A stretch of DNA of 47,067 nucleotides from an uncultured Methanospirillum sp. (GTDB lineage: Archaea; Halobacteriota; Methanomicrobia; Methanomicrobiales; Methanospirillaceae): assembly GCA_964637135.1 (NCBI GenBank), contig CAZWTX010000019.1, forward strand, positions 1-47,067, given 5' to 3'. Position 1 is the first letter of the stretch; each line of letters starts with the position of its first letter. Position numbers and translations under genes: made by a program. Of this stretch, positions 26,583 to 35,868 are shown piece after piece. The notes beneath the pieces are model-generated. The model was not told where the DNA came from, made no database searches, and saw only the letters and a program-made list of their open reading frames with translations.

Positions 26583-28262
26583 ATGGGGCAATCTGATCTC
26601 ATCCCGATAATCAGGGGAGAACGGCCTGCAGACATCCTGTTTACAAATGCCCTTCTTCTCCATGTCTATACCGGAGAATGGGAAAAGACCGCATTCTCAG
26701 TGACCGGCGGGGTTATTACCGGGATCGGTGAGAGACCGGCAGCCCGCCGGGTTGATCTCGGGGGAGCTGCCGTCGTTCCCGGATTCATCGATGCCCATGT
26801 TCACATCGAAAGTAGTCTTCTTCCACCTGAAACGTATGGTTCTGTGGTTCTTGCGCATGGAACAACCACGGTGTTTGCCGATCCCCACGAGATAGCAAAT
26901 ACCTGTGCAGTCCCCGGGTTAGAATACATGTTTGCGGGAGCAGATCGGACAGAACTGGACATCTTTTACCTGCTTCCGTCCTGTGTTCCGGCAACTCCCC
27001 TGGATGAATCAGTGGCAGTGCTTGATGCCGATGCCCTTCGTCCGTTTTCACATCATCCCCGAATCGCTGGCCTGGGTGAGATGATGAACGTTCCCGGAGT
27101 GCTCTCCCGGGATCCGGAGGTGCTGAAAAAACTCGGGCTTTATCCCATCCGGGACGGACATGCCCCCCTCCTCTCCGGACCGGATCTCCAGGCATACATT
27201 GCCGCCGGGATACAGAGTGATCATGAAACCATTTTCCCGGATGAAGCGAGGGAGAAACTCCGTCTCGGAATGTTTCTCTATATCAGGGAAGGATCAGCCG
27301 AACGAAACCTCAGGGATCTCATCCCGGTGGTTACCCGGGAAACCGCCTGCCGGTGTTCATTCTGTACTGATGACCGGCACGTGGACATGCTTTTTTCAGA
27401 GGGGCATATCGATGACTGTATCCGCAACGCGATCCAGGCCGGGTGCGAACCGGAACTGGCATACCGGATGGCCTCGCTCTCCCCTGCAGAACGATTCGGG
27501 ATCCTGGACCGCGGGGCACTCGTTCCCGGGAAAATTGCTGATTTCTGTGTTCTTGATGACATTGCCGGATGCAGGGTACGGCAGACGTATAAACGGGGTA
27601 ATCCGGTCCTTTTGGTTCAGGCCCAATCTCCTGAACCGATCACGTACCCGTTCCGGTCCCGGGTTCCCGGTGAGGATGAGATCAGGATACCGGGCGAAGG
27701 ATTGGCCCGTGTTCTTGGCATTACAGAGGGACAGATTGCCACCCGCTCGCTCATCATGCCGGTAGTCGGGGAGGAGCTCGGGGATACTGAGCGGGATCTC
27801 CTGAAAGTGGTTGTTGCCTCCCGGTATCATGATGACCACGTCGGTATCGGCATTGTTCATGGATTACATATCGAAACCGGGGCTATCGCGGGAAGCATTG
27901 CACATGACAGTCATCATGTCATCGCCACCGGAGCAGATGACGATTCAATCCGTGCAGTAATGCGGGACGTGATCGTTCATCGTGGGGGGATGGCCTGCAC
28001 TGACGGAGAGATCCTCACCTCTCTTCCCCTGCCCATTGCAGGACTCATGTCAGATCTTCCGGCAGAGAAGGTATGCGGGAAGCTCGGTGATCTGAAGGTA
28101 GCGACAGAACGTACCGGAGCCATCGATGATGCGTTCATGTATCTTTCGTTTCTGTCACTGACGGTAATTCCCGAGATCCGGATAACCCCGTCAGGGGTGT
28201 TTGATGCGATCAGGTTTGCGCATGTCCCGCTCTTTGAAGAGCCGGACCAGGTATCCCGATGA
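26583..28262 (+). CDS. ade: Adenine deaminase
   Basis: PGFIDAHVHIESS, ADPHEIAN, LGEMMN, DGHAP, SDHE, IREGSA, CTDD and AHDSHH motifs. Confidence 0.95.
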   Translation: MGQSDLIPIIRGERPADILFTNALLLHVYTGEWEKTAFSVTGGVITGIGERPAARRVDLGGAAVVPGFIDAHVHIESSLLPPETYGSVVLAHGTTTVFADPHEIANTCAVPGLEYMFAGADRTELDIFYLLPSCVPATPLDESVAVLDADALRPFSHHPRIAGLGEMMNVPGVLSRDPEVLKKLGLYPIRDGHAPLLSGPDLQAYIAAGIQSDHETIFPDEAREKLRLGMFLYIREGSAERNLRDLIPVVTRETACRCSFCTDDRHVDMLFSEGHIDDCIRNAIQAGCEPELAYRMASLSPAERFGILDRGALVPGKIADFCVLDDIAGCRVRQTYKRGNPVLLVQAQSPEPITYPFRSRVPGEDEIRIPGEGLARVLGITEGQIATRSLIMPVVGEELGDTERDLLKVVVASRYHDDHVGIGIVHGLHIETGAIAGSIAHDSHHVIATGADDDSIRAVMRDVIVHRGGMACTDGEILTSLPLPIAGLMSDLPAEKVCGKLGDLKVATERTGAIDDAFMYLSFLSLTVIPEIRITPSGVFDAIRFAHVPLFEEPDQVSR

Positions 28263-28318
28263 CAGCCAGCCGGGATGGCGACACCCTTATCCATGAGCCG
28301 GAACCACGGGGGTACTGG

Positions 28319-29071
28319 ATGGTGATGCAGATACGCGCCCTCTTTTTTGTACTCGTTATGGCAGCTTTTCTTCTCTTGCCACCGGTATCCGCCGGTGAAG
28401 GGCCGGAGACGGCTGATGAACACTACCTGATGGGAAACGCCTTTTCCTCATTTGGCAGTTATGAGAATGCCAGTGCCGAGTATCAGAAGGCAGTGGAGAT
28501 GAACCCTGGTCTCGCAGATGCCTGGAATAATCTCGGGATTATCCTGACCTATCTTGGCAAATATGACGAGGCCCTTGCTGCAGCGACAAATGCCACCCGG
28601 CTGATGCCAGAAGATGCCGAGGCCTGGTATAACCTCGGATACACCTACGGGATGCTGGGCAGGTATGATGACGAGATTGCCTCCTATGAGAAGGCGGTAT
28701 CGTTCCGACCGAACATGACGCTGGCATGGAGGAATATGGGGGTCGCCTACTATGATCTCGGCCGGTATGATGAGGCCATCAATGCATACCGGAATGTCAC
28801 TGTTCATGATCCGGAATCTGCGTTCTCCTGGTATTACCTCGGGACGATTTATGAGAAGGCCGGAAGGATCACCGATGCCATGGATTCATATGAACAGGCC
28901 CTCTCCCGTGATAGCAATCTCACGGCAGCAAAAAGCCGTATTGACGCGATACATAACAACAGTACCCTGACAAACCTGCCTCAGAATGAGACCGGGGCCC
29001 CGACTCCTGCCGGTGATATGCCATCAGACAGAGATCTATTCAGTTCAATTACCGGGATACTCGGGCTCTGA
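28319..29071 (+). CDS. Secreted or membrane-anchored TPR protein
   Basis: Hydrophobic signal peptide (RALFFVLVMAAFLLLPPVSA) then ~5 TPRs (AWNNLG, AWYNLG, AWRNMG, SWYYLG); start uncertain. Confidence 0.85.
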   Translation: MVMQIRALFFVLVMAAFLLLPPVSAGEGPETADEHYLMGNAFSSFGSYENASAEYQKAVEMNPGLADAWNNLGIILTYLGKYDEALAAATNATRLMPEDAEAWYNLGYTYGMLGRYDDEIASYEKAVSFRPNMTLAWRNMGVAYYDLGRYDEAINAYRNVTVHDPESAFSWYYLGTIYEKAGRITDAMDSYEQALSRDSNLTAAKSRIDAIHNNSTLTNLPQNETGAPTPAGDMPSDRDLFSSITGILGL

Positions 29072-29077
29072 CTTTTT

Positions 29078-29818
29078 TTACAGACTGGAGGTCAGGTACG
29101 CGAGAATTCCCAGAATGACCGGCTGATGAACGAGGTAAATGATCAGCGAATGGCGACCGGGAATGATCAGCGGGTTCAGGATCCGGGCCCATGATGGTGT
29201 CAGGATCATTCTCCTCGTTCCCCCCGGGTAGATGATCGAACCAATACCCCCGCCCAGGAGAAAAAATCCCAGCCAGGGAATGACCGGGGTATAATCCACT
29301 GAATAGAAGTTATCCGGGTGGATACCGGTCCATACAAGCCAGAGGGGTCCGTGAGGGAGGGAAATTACTGCCCCGGATACAAGAACCAGCCCGCTGATAA
29401 AAGAGAGACGGGGGTATCGAAGGAGTACCGGCGAGAGGATGAGCCCGGTTCCGATCAGGCTGAGGATCCCGTATATCACGTATCCTTCACCATCAAGGAA
29501 TACCCAGGTGACCACGGTGATGCCTGCCCCGAGCAGGATGAGTTCTCCCCCGCGTGCAAGGAAAGATTTCATGCATCCGGAGATATCGGTGCATCGTCCC
29601 ATCCGGATTGATGCAGCAATCCCGGCGATGAGAATAAAAAGAGCAGCGGTACCATATCCGAAGATCCTCACCGGTCCGGAGAACGGATCCGGTCCTTCAG
29701 CTCCGAGAAATGCGATATCCACCAGGATATGGTAGACCACCATCATGCAGATGGCACAGCCACGGGCCGCATCAAGACCGGGAAACCGCTCCCGGCATGG
29801 CCATGTATCCATCCTCAC
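29078..29818 (-). CDS. DUF1624 / heparan-alpha-glucosaminide N-acetyltransferase-like membrane protein
   Basis: RFPGLDAARG..I..MVVYH, DYTPVIPW and GRHSLIIYLVHQP motifs; multiple TM helices. Confidence 0.85.
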   Translation of the reverse strand: MRMDTWPCRERFPGLDAARGCAICMMVVYHILVDIAFLGAEGPDPFSGPVRIFGYGTAALFILIAGIAASIRMGRCTDISGCMKSFLARGGELILLGAGITVVTWVFLDGEGYVIYGILSLIGTGLILSPVLLRYPRLSFISGLVLVSGAVISLPHGPLWLVWTGIHPDNFYSVDYTPVIPWLGFFLLGGGIGSIIYPGGTRRMILTPSWARILNPLIIPGRHSLIIYLVHQPVILGILAYLTSSL

Positions 29819-30666
29819 ATCTGGTTTTTACCACAAATCGGGCAGAATTTTCCTGAAGATGAAATCCTTCCGCCACAATGGATGCAGAACCGCGACGGTG
29901 CGGTTGAACCGTCCGGGCCTGTTGTTGACGGGCGGATCCTGAGGGGAGAGAAAGCCGGTCGTTCGATCATGATCCGGATCGTTCCTTCCCGCGGGGTTCC
30001 CTCCAGGGGTGGTCTCTGCCTGACCGGCCGTTCCATCTGAATTTTCGATACAATGACCGGACGGGACGGAGGAACGGTTCCGGGATCTTCACCCTGGGAG
30101 AATGAAGATTCAGGTTGAGGTTGAGGTCGAGGTTCAGGAATCGACGGAGTCGGGTTTATCTGCCCGGGATCCGGGTGCGGTTCTTCCGGCAGTTCGGGAA
30201 CGGATTCAGGAGCCTCGATGATGGGGGCAATCTCCGGTGGTTCAGGAGAGGGAGATGCGGCCGGCGGATATCCATTGATGGCAGTGAACCATTCCCTGCA
30301 CTCCGAGTCAGGATCATTCATGAGCCCGGAAAAAACCAGGCGCATGACGCGGTTTTGTTCACCGATCTCCATATTGATGGCAAGGGTCGGCCGGCCACGT
30401 TCATCGCGTTCAAGGTCGGCATGCTTGATAACCGATACCGGGATCTCCTTTGCTATCACGCCGCTTCCCTGCTTGGCACTGTCGATCAGGACGAGGCGTT
30501 CGCTGGTCAGGATGGCGAGGAAAACAAAGTCCTTGATCCTGATCCCGTCGCAGTACCTCATCATCATCTCGCCGATCTCCAGCAGCTTGAACGGGTTGAA
30601 TGTCCCCCCCCCGCCTGTTTCATCTCCGTCTCCACGGATTCCTTTGATATTATCAAGCAACGACAT
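29815..30666 (-). CDS. Hypothetical protein: PH-like N-terminal domain, Pro-rich linker, C-terminal zinc ribbon
   Basis: AILTSERLVLID...EW pattern typical of PH-like folds; terminal FCIHCG-x8-FCPICG. Confidence 0.72.
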   Translation of the reverse strand: MSLLDNIKGIRGDGDETGGGGTFNPFKLLEIGEMMMRYCDGIRIKDFVFLAILTSERLVLIDSAKQGSGVIAKEIPVSVIKHADLERDERGRPTLAINMEIGEQNRVMRLVFSGLMNDPDSECREWFTAINGYPPAASPSPEPPEIAPIIEAPESVPELPEEPHPDPGQINPTPSIPEPRPQPQPESSFSQGEDPGTVPPSRPVIVSKIQMERPVRQRPPLEGTPREGTIRIMIERPAFSPLRIRPSTTGPDGSTAPSRFCIHCGGRISSSGKFCPICGKNQM

Positions 30667-30668
30667 TG

Positions 30669-31541
30669 TTATTCTCCGATAATTTTCCTGACAAGACCCG
30701 GGATTTCTGAAAGCCGGTCAGCAACCGGCACCCCGAGATCCCTGAGCCGTGCAATCTTTGAGTTAGCATCTCCCTCACCCCCGCTTACGATTGCACCGGC
30801 GTGTCCCATGCGTTTCTCCGGGGGAGCCGTGGTTCCGGCAATGAACGAGACGATCGGCAGATCGGTTCCCTTTGCTCCTTCCTCCTCGAGGTTCCCGCCG
30901 AGTTCACCGAGAATAACGACGACACGGGTTGCCGGGTCTTCTTCAAACCGGTAGAGCACATCGGCAAAGGTCTGGCCGATCACCGGATCACCTCCGATCC
31001 CGACGACAGTACTCTGCCCGATTCCTGCACGGGTGAGTTCATGTACCACTTCGTAGGTGAGCGTCCCGCTCCGGCTGATTACCCCGACATTTCCTGGAGT
31101 GTACAGATGGGCAGGCATAATACCCAGGTTTATCTCGCCAGGTGAGAGTAACCCGGGGCAGTTCGGGCCGATCACGGCACATCCCCGCATATCGGCATAG
31201 GCTACCGCTTTCATCACATCGTGCACCGGGATATGCTCTGTGATGGCGACCACCAGGTCAAGCCCGGCGTCGGCAGCCTCCATGATAGAATCCCCTGCCG
31301 CACTCCCCGGAACGAAGAGGATGCTTGCAGCGATATCGTGTTCACAGACAGCATCCTCCACCGAGTCGTATACCGGAACCCCATGGACATCCTGTCCACC
31401 TTTGCCCGGGGTGACCCCTGCCACAATTCCTTTCCCCCCGATGAACCGGGCATACTGGTTCATCCGGTCGATATGGAATTTTCCCTGGTTCCCGGTCGCG
31501 CCCTGCACGAGCACTCCGGTTGACCGGTCTGCATAGATCAT
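30669..31541 (-). CDS. sucD: Succinate--CoA ligase alpha subunit
   Basis: VQGATG, GVTPGKGG, IGPNCPG, SRSGTLTYE and RMGHAGA (phospho-His) motifs. Confidence 0.96.
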   Translation of the reverse strand: MIYADRSTGVLVQGATGNQGKFHIDRMNQYARFIGGKGIVAGVTPGKGGQDVHGVPVYDSVEDAVCEHDIAASILFVPGSAAGDSIMEAADAGLDLVVAITEHIPVHDVMKAVAYADMRGCAVIGPNCPGLLSPGEINLGIMPAHLYTPGNVGVISRSGTLTYEVVHELTRAGIGQSTVVGIGGDPVIGQTFADVLYRFEEDPATRVVVILGELGGNLEEEGAKGTDLPIVSFIAGTTAPPEKRMGHAGAIVSGGEGDANSKIARLRDLGVPVADRLSEIPGLVRKIIGE

Positions 31542-32623
31542 CCGGCAGCCTCCACGGCGGCGTTCACTGCTTCTTCCATCGTATCCAGCATGAGATACCC
31601 GTAAGAATCGAGGATCTTCTTTCCTTCCTTCTCGTTCGTCCCGGCGAGCCGGACGATGATCTTCTGGCTGACCCCTGCTTCGATGATGCCATGGGCGACT
31701 TCATCGCACCGGGTTATCCCGCCAAGAAGATTGACGATGATGACGCGTACATCAGGCATCGCGCCGAGCAGCCGGACGGCATGAGCCACCCGCACCCGGT
31801 CGGCACCGCCGCCGACATCGAGGAAATTCGCCGGACGACCCCCGGTCCGGTTGATCAGATCGACGGTTGCCATTGTGAGGCCTGCTCCGTTTCCGATCAC
31901 CCCGATGTTTCCGGCAAGTTCAACAAAAGAAAACCCATGCTCTTCTGCTTTTCGTTCCCTATCGCTCAGGTCACGGTTTGTCGATATTCCCTGGCGGGCA
32001 AGGGCGTTGTCGTCGATGATCAGCTTGGCATCCGCGGCAACGATCCCGGTTGGAGTCATGACAAGGGGATTGATCTCAGCGAGTAGAGCATCTTTTTCCC
32101 TGAATACTTGGTAAAGGGCGTTTATGACCTGGCCGATCTCTTTCGGGGCATCGGCGAGGAGGTGACGGATGAGGTATCCGGGGACATCAGTGAGGAGCGG
32201 ATGCACGATAGCGGTGCGTATCTTTTCCGGGCTTTGCGAAGCGACTTCCTCTATCTCCACACCCCCTTCTGACGTAAAAAGGATCAGGGGTGCTCCCGAT
32301 CCCCGGTCGATGGTAATGGAGAGATAGTATTCATGCCTGATATCAAGCCGCTCCTCGACGAGAATCTCATGTACCGCAAGATCCCTGATTTTCGTCCCAA
32401 ACAGGGTGGTTATAACCGTTTGTCCGGATGCCCGGTCTGCCATGAGGATGCCGCCTGCTTTCCCCCTTCCTCCGACTTCAACCTGGGCTTTCACCACGAT
32501 TTGGTCAGCGGGTAACTGTTCAGGCCGGGGGAGTGCTTCACCCTTTTTCACGGTGATTCCACGTGGAATCCTGATACCTGCTTCCTGCAGGATTGCTTTT
32601 GCCTCGTGCTCCTTCCACTTCAT
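31538..32623 (-). CDS. sucC: Succinate--CoA ligase beta subunit
   Basis: EHEAK, VVKAQVEVGGRGKAGG, EINPL, GNGAGLTMAT and PANFLDVGGG motifs. Confidence 0.95.
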   Translation of the reverse strand: MKWKEHEAKAILQEAGIRIPRGITVKKGEALPRPEQLPADQIVVKAQVEVGGRGKAGGILMADRASGQTVITTLFGTKIRDLAVHEILVEERLDIRHEYYLSITIDRGSGAPLILFTSEGGVEIEEVASQSPEKIRTAIVHPLLTDVPGYLIRHLLADAPKEIGQVINALYQVFREKDALLAEINPLVMTPTGIVAADAKLIIDDNALARQGISTNRDLSDRERKAEEHGFSFVELAGNIGVIGNGAGLTMATVDLINRTGGRPANFLDVGGGADRVRVAHAVRLLGAMPDVRVIIVNLLGGITRCDEVAHGIIEAGVSQKIIVRLAGTNEKEGKKILDSYGYLMLDTMEEAVNAAVEAAG

Positions 32624-33156
32624 GTTCGTGTTGCTCCTGCGAGCTCAAACCCGAGCTCCATTGCATTCAGGTTGAGTTCCTCGGTCCCCTTCGGAACACT
32701 GTCAAGAATAGCCCGCTCAAGGGCTTGTTTTGGGATGACCCCGGTCACTTCGACAAGTGCCCCGAGCATGATGATATTAGCGACGATATCCCTTCCGAGG
32801 CGTTTCTTTGCTTCCGGTGTGGCCGGAATTTCGACATACCGGCAGGCCGGCCGGTCATGCACCAGGCTTGAGTCAAGTATCATGATGGCATCCGGGGCAG
32901 CATTCCGGCCATATTTCTCAAATCCTTCCTGGCTCAGAATACAGTAAATATCCGGAATCCTCACTTTCGGATAGAGGATCGGATCGTCATCGATGATCAC
33001 CGCACTCATTGAAGCACCCCCCCGTGCCTCTGGGCCGTAAACCTGTGTCTGTAGGGCATATTTTCCTGCATACAGGGCAGCAGCACGACCGAGGATCACC
33101 GCACTCAGTATGATTCCCTGGCCGCCGAATCCTGAAAACCGGATCTCATGCCTCAT
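32620..33156 (-). CDS. korC: 2-oxoglutarate:ferredoxin oxidoreductase gamma subunit
   Basis: IRFSGFGGQGII, YGPEARGG and ANIIMLG motifs. Confidence 0.88.
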   Translation of the reverse strand: MRHEIRFSGFGGQGIILSAVILGRAAALYAGKYALQTQVYGPEARGGASMSAVIIDDDPILYPKVRIPDIYCILSQEGFEKYGRNAAPDAIMILDSSLVHDRPACRYVEIPATPEAKKRLGRDIVANIIMLGALVEVTGVIPKQALERAILDSVPKGTEELNLNAMELGFELAGATRT

Positions 33157-33934
33157 GCCTGACCCCCATCACTGGTCGTGCCCGCTGTACGTATTCACCG
33201 ATGAAAAACTCATCGTCTGCAAGATCCCGTCTGGCCTTGTCCCGTTCCCAGGCCTGTTTTAGCACTGCCTTCTCTTTCAGGTAATTGATATAATCCACCG
33301 GCTGACGGTACTTGTTCCTCCTGCCGTAACTGGTGGGACACTGGCACCGTACCTCGATAAAAGAGAACCCCGGCGTCTCAAGGCCGGTCGTGATTGCCTT
33401 TGTCAGTTCCTTGACGTGGTATGAGGTCCATCGGGCGACATAATTTGCCCCGGCGGCAACGGCAAGCTCGGCGAGATCAAACGGCGTTTCGCTCGCACCA
33501 TACGGGGTTGTCGTCGAGGTTTTTCCGACCGGGGTGGTCGGGCTGCCCTGTCCCCCGGTCATGCCATAGATGTGGTTGTTCATGCAGATGACCGTCAGAT
33601 CGATGTTCCGCCGGCATGCATGGATGAAATGGTTCCCCCCGATGGCTGCAAGATCACCATCCCCGGTAAAGACGACCACCTTTAGTTCCGGTTTTGCCAT
33701 CTTGACCCCGGTTGCAAAAGCGATGGCCCTCCCGTGGGTGGTATGGAGTGAGTCGGTGAGAATATACCCGGGAGCCCGGGAAGAACACCCGATACCTGAG
33801 ACGAACACGGTGCTCTCCCGGTCCCAGGCAAGCCCTTCGACCGCCTGCAGTGCACAGTTGATGATGGTTCCGTTTCCACACCCGGCACAGTAGATGTGAG
33901 GAAGACGATCCTGCCGCAGCCATTCGTCGATCAT
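33146..33934 (-). CDS. korB: 2-oxoglutarate:ferredoxin oxidoreductase beta subunit (ThDP-binding)
   Basis: YCAGCG, SGIGCS, HTTHGRA, GDGDLAAIGGNH and YGMTGGQ motifs. Confidence 0.92.
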   Translation of the reverse strand: MIDEWLRQDRLPHIYCAGCGNGTIINCALQAVEGLAWDRESTVFVSGIGCSSRAPGYILTDSLHTTHGRAIAFATGVKMAKPELKVVVFTGDGDLAAIGGNHFIHACRRNIDLTVICMNNHIYGMTGGQGSPTTPVGKTSTTTPYGASETPFDLAELAVAAGANYVARWTSYHVKELTKAITTGLETPGFSFIEVRCQCPTSYGRRNKYRQPVDYINYLKEKAVLKQAWERDKARRDLADDEFFIGEYVQRARPVMGVRHEA

Positions 33935-35028
33935 GGTGCGTCTCCCCGGCATCGCTCCACGGCAGCAGTCAGTTCTTCGGGGGTATGGAGTTCTCCCCCG
34001 ATCTTTCCTGCCAGGATGACCGGAACGGAGGTATGGCGCTCAATTTCCCGCGATATCATGCCGAGGTTCATCTCGGGGACGATGAACGCCTTTACCCGGG
34101 GGAATCGCCTGAGCAGCTCCTCGGGAAACGGCCAGACGATCCTGAGTCGGAGGTATCCGGTTCCCGGAAGATGCTGCCGGTCGACGACTTCCTGTACCGT
34201 CCGGACTGGCGCGCCGTAACAGATGAAGACATAATCTGCATCCGGGTTGACGATCTCGTAATCGGCAATCTCGTGTCTTTTATTCTCAACTTTTGCGACC
34301 AGGCGTTTCACGAGTTCTTCGTGGCGGGACGGACTGGTGGTGTCCGGGTATCCCTTCTCATTATGGGTCAGCCCGGTGACATGGGTTGCCGAACCGGACC
34401 CGAATGGTGAAAATCCGGGAACCATATCCTGACCAGGAGTGAATGGCAGTGCACCTTCGGCCGGGGACCGTGGCCGGATGATCTGAACGGAATCCGGGAT
34501 CTCGATCTTCTCTCGCATGTGGCCGATGACCTCGTCACCCATGAGAAAGACCGGCACGCGGAATCGGTCTGCGAGGTTGAACGCTTTTACGGTGAGATCA
34601 AAACATTCCTGTACACTGGAGGGACAGAGGGCGATGATACTGAAGTCGCCATGCGACCCGAACCGGCACTGCATCATGTCGCCCTGGGCTGCCATTGTCG
34701 GCTGGCCGGTTGACGGTCCTCCCCGCTGGATGTTCACGATGACACAGGGTGTTTCAGTCATTACAGCATACCCGATGTTCTCCATCATGAGGGAGAATCC
34801 CGGGCCTGAAGTGGCGGTCATGGCCCTCGCCCCGGTCCAGGCTGCACCGATAACCGAGGCCATGCTCGCAATTTCGTCCTCCATCTGGATGAAACATCCT
34901 CCCTGTACCTTCGGGAGGTTCACTGCCATATGCTCGGCTACCTCGGTTGACGGGGTGATGGGATACCCTCCGAAGAATGTACATCCGGCCGCTAATGCTC
35001 CCTCTGCACTGGCGATGTTTCCCTGCAT
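33931..35028 (-). CDS. korA: 2-oxoglutarate:ferredoxin oxidoreductase alpha subunit
   Basis: GYPITPSTE, QMEDEIAS, ATSGPGFSLM and QRGGPSTG motifs; true start may be at 35046. Confidence 0.92.
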   Translation of the reverse strand: MQGNIASAEGALAAGCTFFGGYPITPSTEVAEHMAVNLPKVQGGCFIQMEDEIASMASVIGAAWTGARAMTATSGPGFSLMMENIGYAVMTETPCVIVNIQRGGPSTGQPTMAAQGDMMQCRFGSHGDFSIIALCPSSVQECFDLTVKAFNLADRFRVPVFLMGDEVIGHMREKIEIPDSVQIIRPRSPAEGALPFTPGQDMVPGFSPFGSGSATHVTGLTHNEKGYPDTTSPSRHEELVKRLVAKVENKRHEIADYEIVNPDADYVFICYGAPVRTVQEVVDRQHLPGTGYLRLRIVWPFPEELLRRFPRVKAFIVPEMNLGMISREIERHTSVPVILAGKIGGELHTPEELTAAVERCRGDAP

Positions 35029-35041
35029 GAAAGCGATCCGG

Positions 35042-35314
35042 CTAATACTCGATCACCACACCAGCTGGTTCATAGGGTTTTTCGGCAATCCATCTGATTG
35101 CCTGATCAGGACAGATCAGTGTGCATACTCCGCAGAGCCTGCGTCCGTAGAGTTCCGAAAGCCGGCAGTTCGGGCATCGCTCTGGCCGGTCGAGTTCGGG
35201 AACATAAATCCCCCTGCGGTTAGGACGATTCCCGGGTCTGTAAATGGTGTATGGACAGACCATGGTGCAGAGATTACACCCCTTGCACCGGGATTCGTCG
35301 ATCTCTATCTTCAT
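35042..35314 (-). CDS. korD: Ferredoxin-like delta subunit of 2-oxoglutarate oxidoreductase
   Basis: CKGCNLCTMVCP and CPNC-x10-CGVCTLICP; directly upstream of korA. Confidence 0.85.
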   Translation of the reverse strand: MKIEIDESRCKGCNLCTMVCPYTIYRPGNRPNRRGIYVPELDRPERCPNCRLSELYGRRLCGVCTLICPDQAIRWIAEKPYEPAGVVIEY

Positions 35315-35868
35315 ATTCCGTTCGTACTGGTTGGATACATACGCTGAAATACTTCATGTGCTGACTGTTCGATTCCTGCGAATAGATCCCCGCCGGCTGA
35401 ATCGATGGCAACCACTAGCGGGAGATGATCGAGCTGTATCTTCCATACGGCCTCAGCCATACCCAGTTCCTCAAAGAAGACTGCTTCCAGGTTCATGTGT
35501 GCAGCGGCGAGGTTGGCGCATCCCCCGGTGAATGCGAAGTACACTCCCCGTCCTGCGAGCTCATTCCTGACCCGTGCAGACATCCCGCCCTTTCCGATGA
35601 TCCCCCTAACCCCGGCATCAAGCATGAACCCGGTCAGCGGGTTCATCCGTGCCGAAGTAGTCGGTCCGGCAACGACGATCCGCATATCCCGGATGACCGG
35701 TCCGCAATGGTAGATGACTGCTCCCTCAGGGTTGAATGGAAACCCTTTTTCACGGATCATCAGGTGAGCCTCATCCCGGGCAGTATAAATGCTGCCACTC
35801 AGGGTGACCCGGTCCCCGGCCCGGAGTGGAAGGATTTCCGGCCCGAGCGGCGTGGTAAGATCCATCAT
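35311..35868 (-). CDS. Class I fumarate hydratase, beta subunit (FumA C-terminal/TtdB family)
   Basis: LSGSIYTARDEAH, GPTTSARM, IIGKGGM and ELGMAEAVW motifs; start at MMDLTTP overlaps the alpha-subunit stop. Confidence 0.9.
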   Translation of the reverse strand: MMDLTTPLGPEILPLRAGDRVTLSGSIYTARDEAHLMIREKGFPFNPEGAVIYHCGPVIRDMRIVVAGPTTSARMNPLTGFMLDAGVRGIIGKGGMSARVRNELAGRGVYFAFTGGCANLAAAHMNLEAVFFEELGMAEAVWKIQLDHLPLVVAIDSAGGDLFAGIEQSAHEVFQRMYPTSTNGI

